NCBI GenBank assembly: GCA_965203175.1
Contig: OZ241867.1
Span: forward strand, 1,760,001-1,824,000
Direction: 5' to 3'
DNA length: 64,000 bases
From: Candidatus Latescibacterota bacterium
Lineage (GTDB): Bacteria; Latescibacterota; UBA2968; UBA8231
A program made the position numbers and the translations under genes. The first letter of the stretch is position 1. The number at the start of each line of letters is the position of its first letter. A model generated the notes under the pieces. It did not search any database and had not been told where the DNA came from. It saw only the letters and a program-made list of their open reading frames with translations. This document shows positions 63,557-64,000 of the stretch, one piece after another.

Positions 63557-64000
63557 TCAAGGCAGACTCAGCGCCACCAACTCGGCTGGCTGGTCGGCCC
63601 CGCCGGTGGGGATGGCGATGTATTGCTTGCCGCCAGCCATATAGGTGATGGGCTGGCCCGAGGCGTTGCGCGGCAGCTCGACTTTGCCCATTAGCGCGCC
63701 GTCGTCCGGGTCAAAGGCCCAGAGATAGGGCGCATTGGGATTGATTTTGACCTCAACGGCGTTGCCTCGGGGCGAGTTGTTGACCACGTCCCACTGCGCC
63801 TGAGTCGCGGCAAAGAGCAAGCTCTCGGTGATGATGGGGAAATTGCGCTGTGCCCAGCCCAAGGGCGGCAAATCGAGATGAGCAAGGCTGGGGTGGTCGC
63901 GCGGCCCCTCGCCCACGGGGACCTGCCAGCGGTGCTCGCCCGTGTTGAGATCAATGGCCGTGATCCGACCGTAGGGCGGTTTGAGCAAGGGTAGGCCGCG
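63557..64000 (-). CDS. PQQ-dependent dehydrogenase, C-terminal part (continues beyond window)
   Basis: KPPYGRITAIDLNTGE..WQVP, PITYMAGGKQYI. Confidence 0.88.
   Translation of the reverse strand, partial: RGLPLLKPPYGRITAIDLNTGEHRWQVPVGEGPRDHPSLAHLDLPPLGWAQRNFPIITESLLFAATQAQWDVVNNSPRGNAVEVKINPNAPYLWAFDPDDGALMGKVELPRNASGQPITYMAGGKQYIAIPTGGADQPAELVALSLP

Overview
Mosaic bacterial chromosomal region. The PhyH, nitrilase, enolase and Gfo/Idh/MocA paralogues plus an Rpn gene suggest a Latescibacterota/Poribacteria-like marine or sponge-associated organism (inference only). 1-30 kb: katG, catabolic genes, an SSS transporter and an OmpR-HK/TonB receptor/DUF4249/DUF3500 block. 30-51 kb: an almost entirely minus-strand array of about 25 small cassette-type genes (APH, GNAT, NUDIX, GrpB, HAD, MazG, TA modules) with decayed attC-like sites and no integrase in the window. 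It also holds an IS3 element and an Rpn gene. 51-59.5 kb: an AT-richer defence island with a BglII-like RM pair disabled by two IS5-family elements, followed by a PIN nuclease / unknown / AAA ATPase / (decayed gene) / TGT-like operon, the best candidate for an undescribed defence system. 59.5-64 kb: DoxX, PhyH, flippase and a partial PQQ dehydrogenase. Throughout, gene blocks are bracketed by 46-156 bp diverged direct repeats made of gene-end or promoter stubs, and three of these pairs are nested. No rRNA, tRNA or CRISPR was seen. Product calls come from motif recognition by eye, not from database searches.
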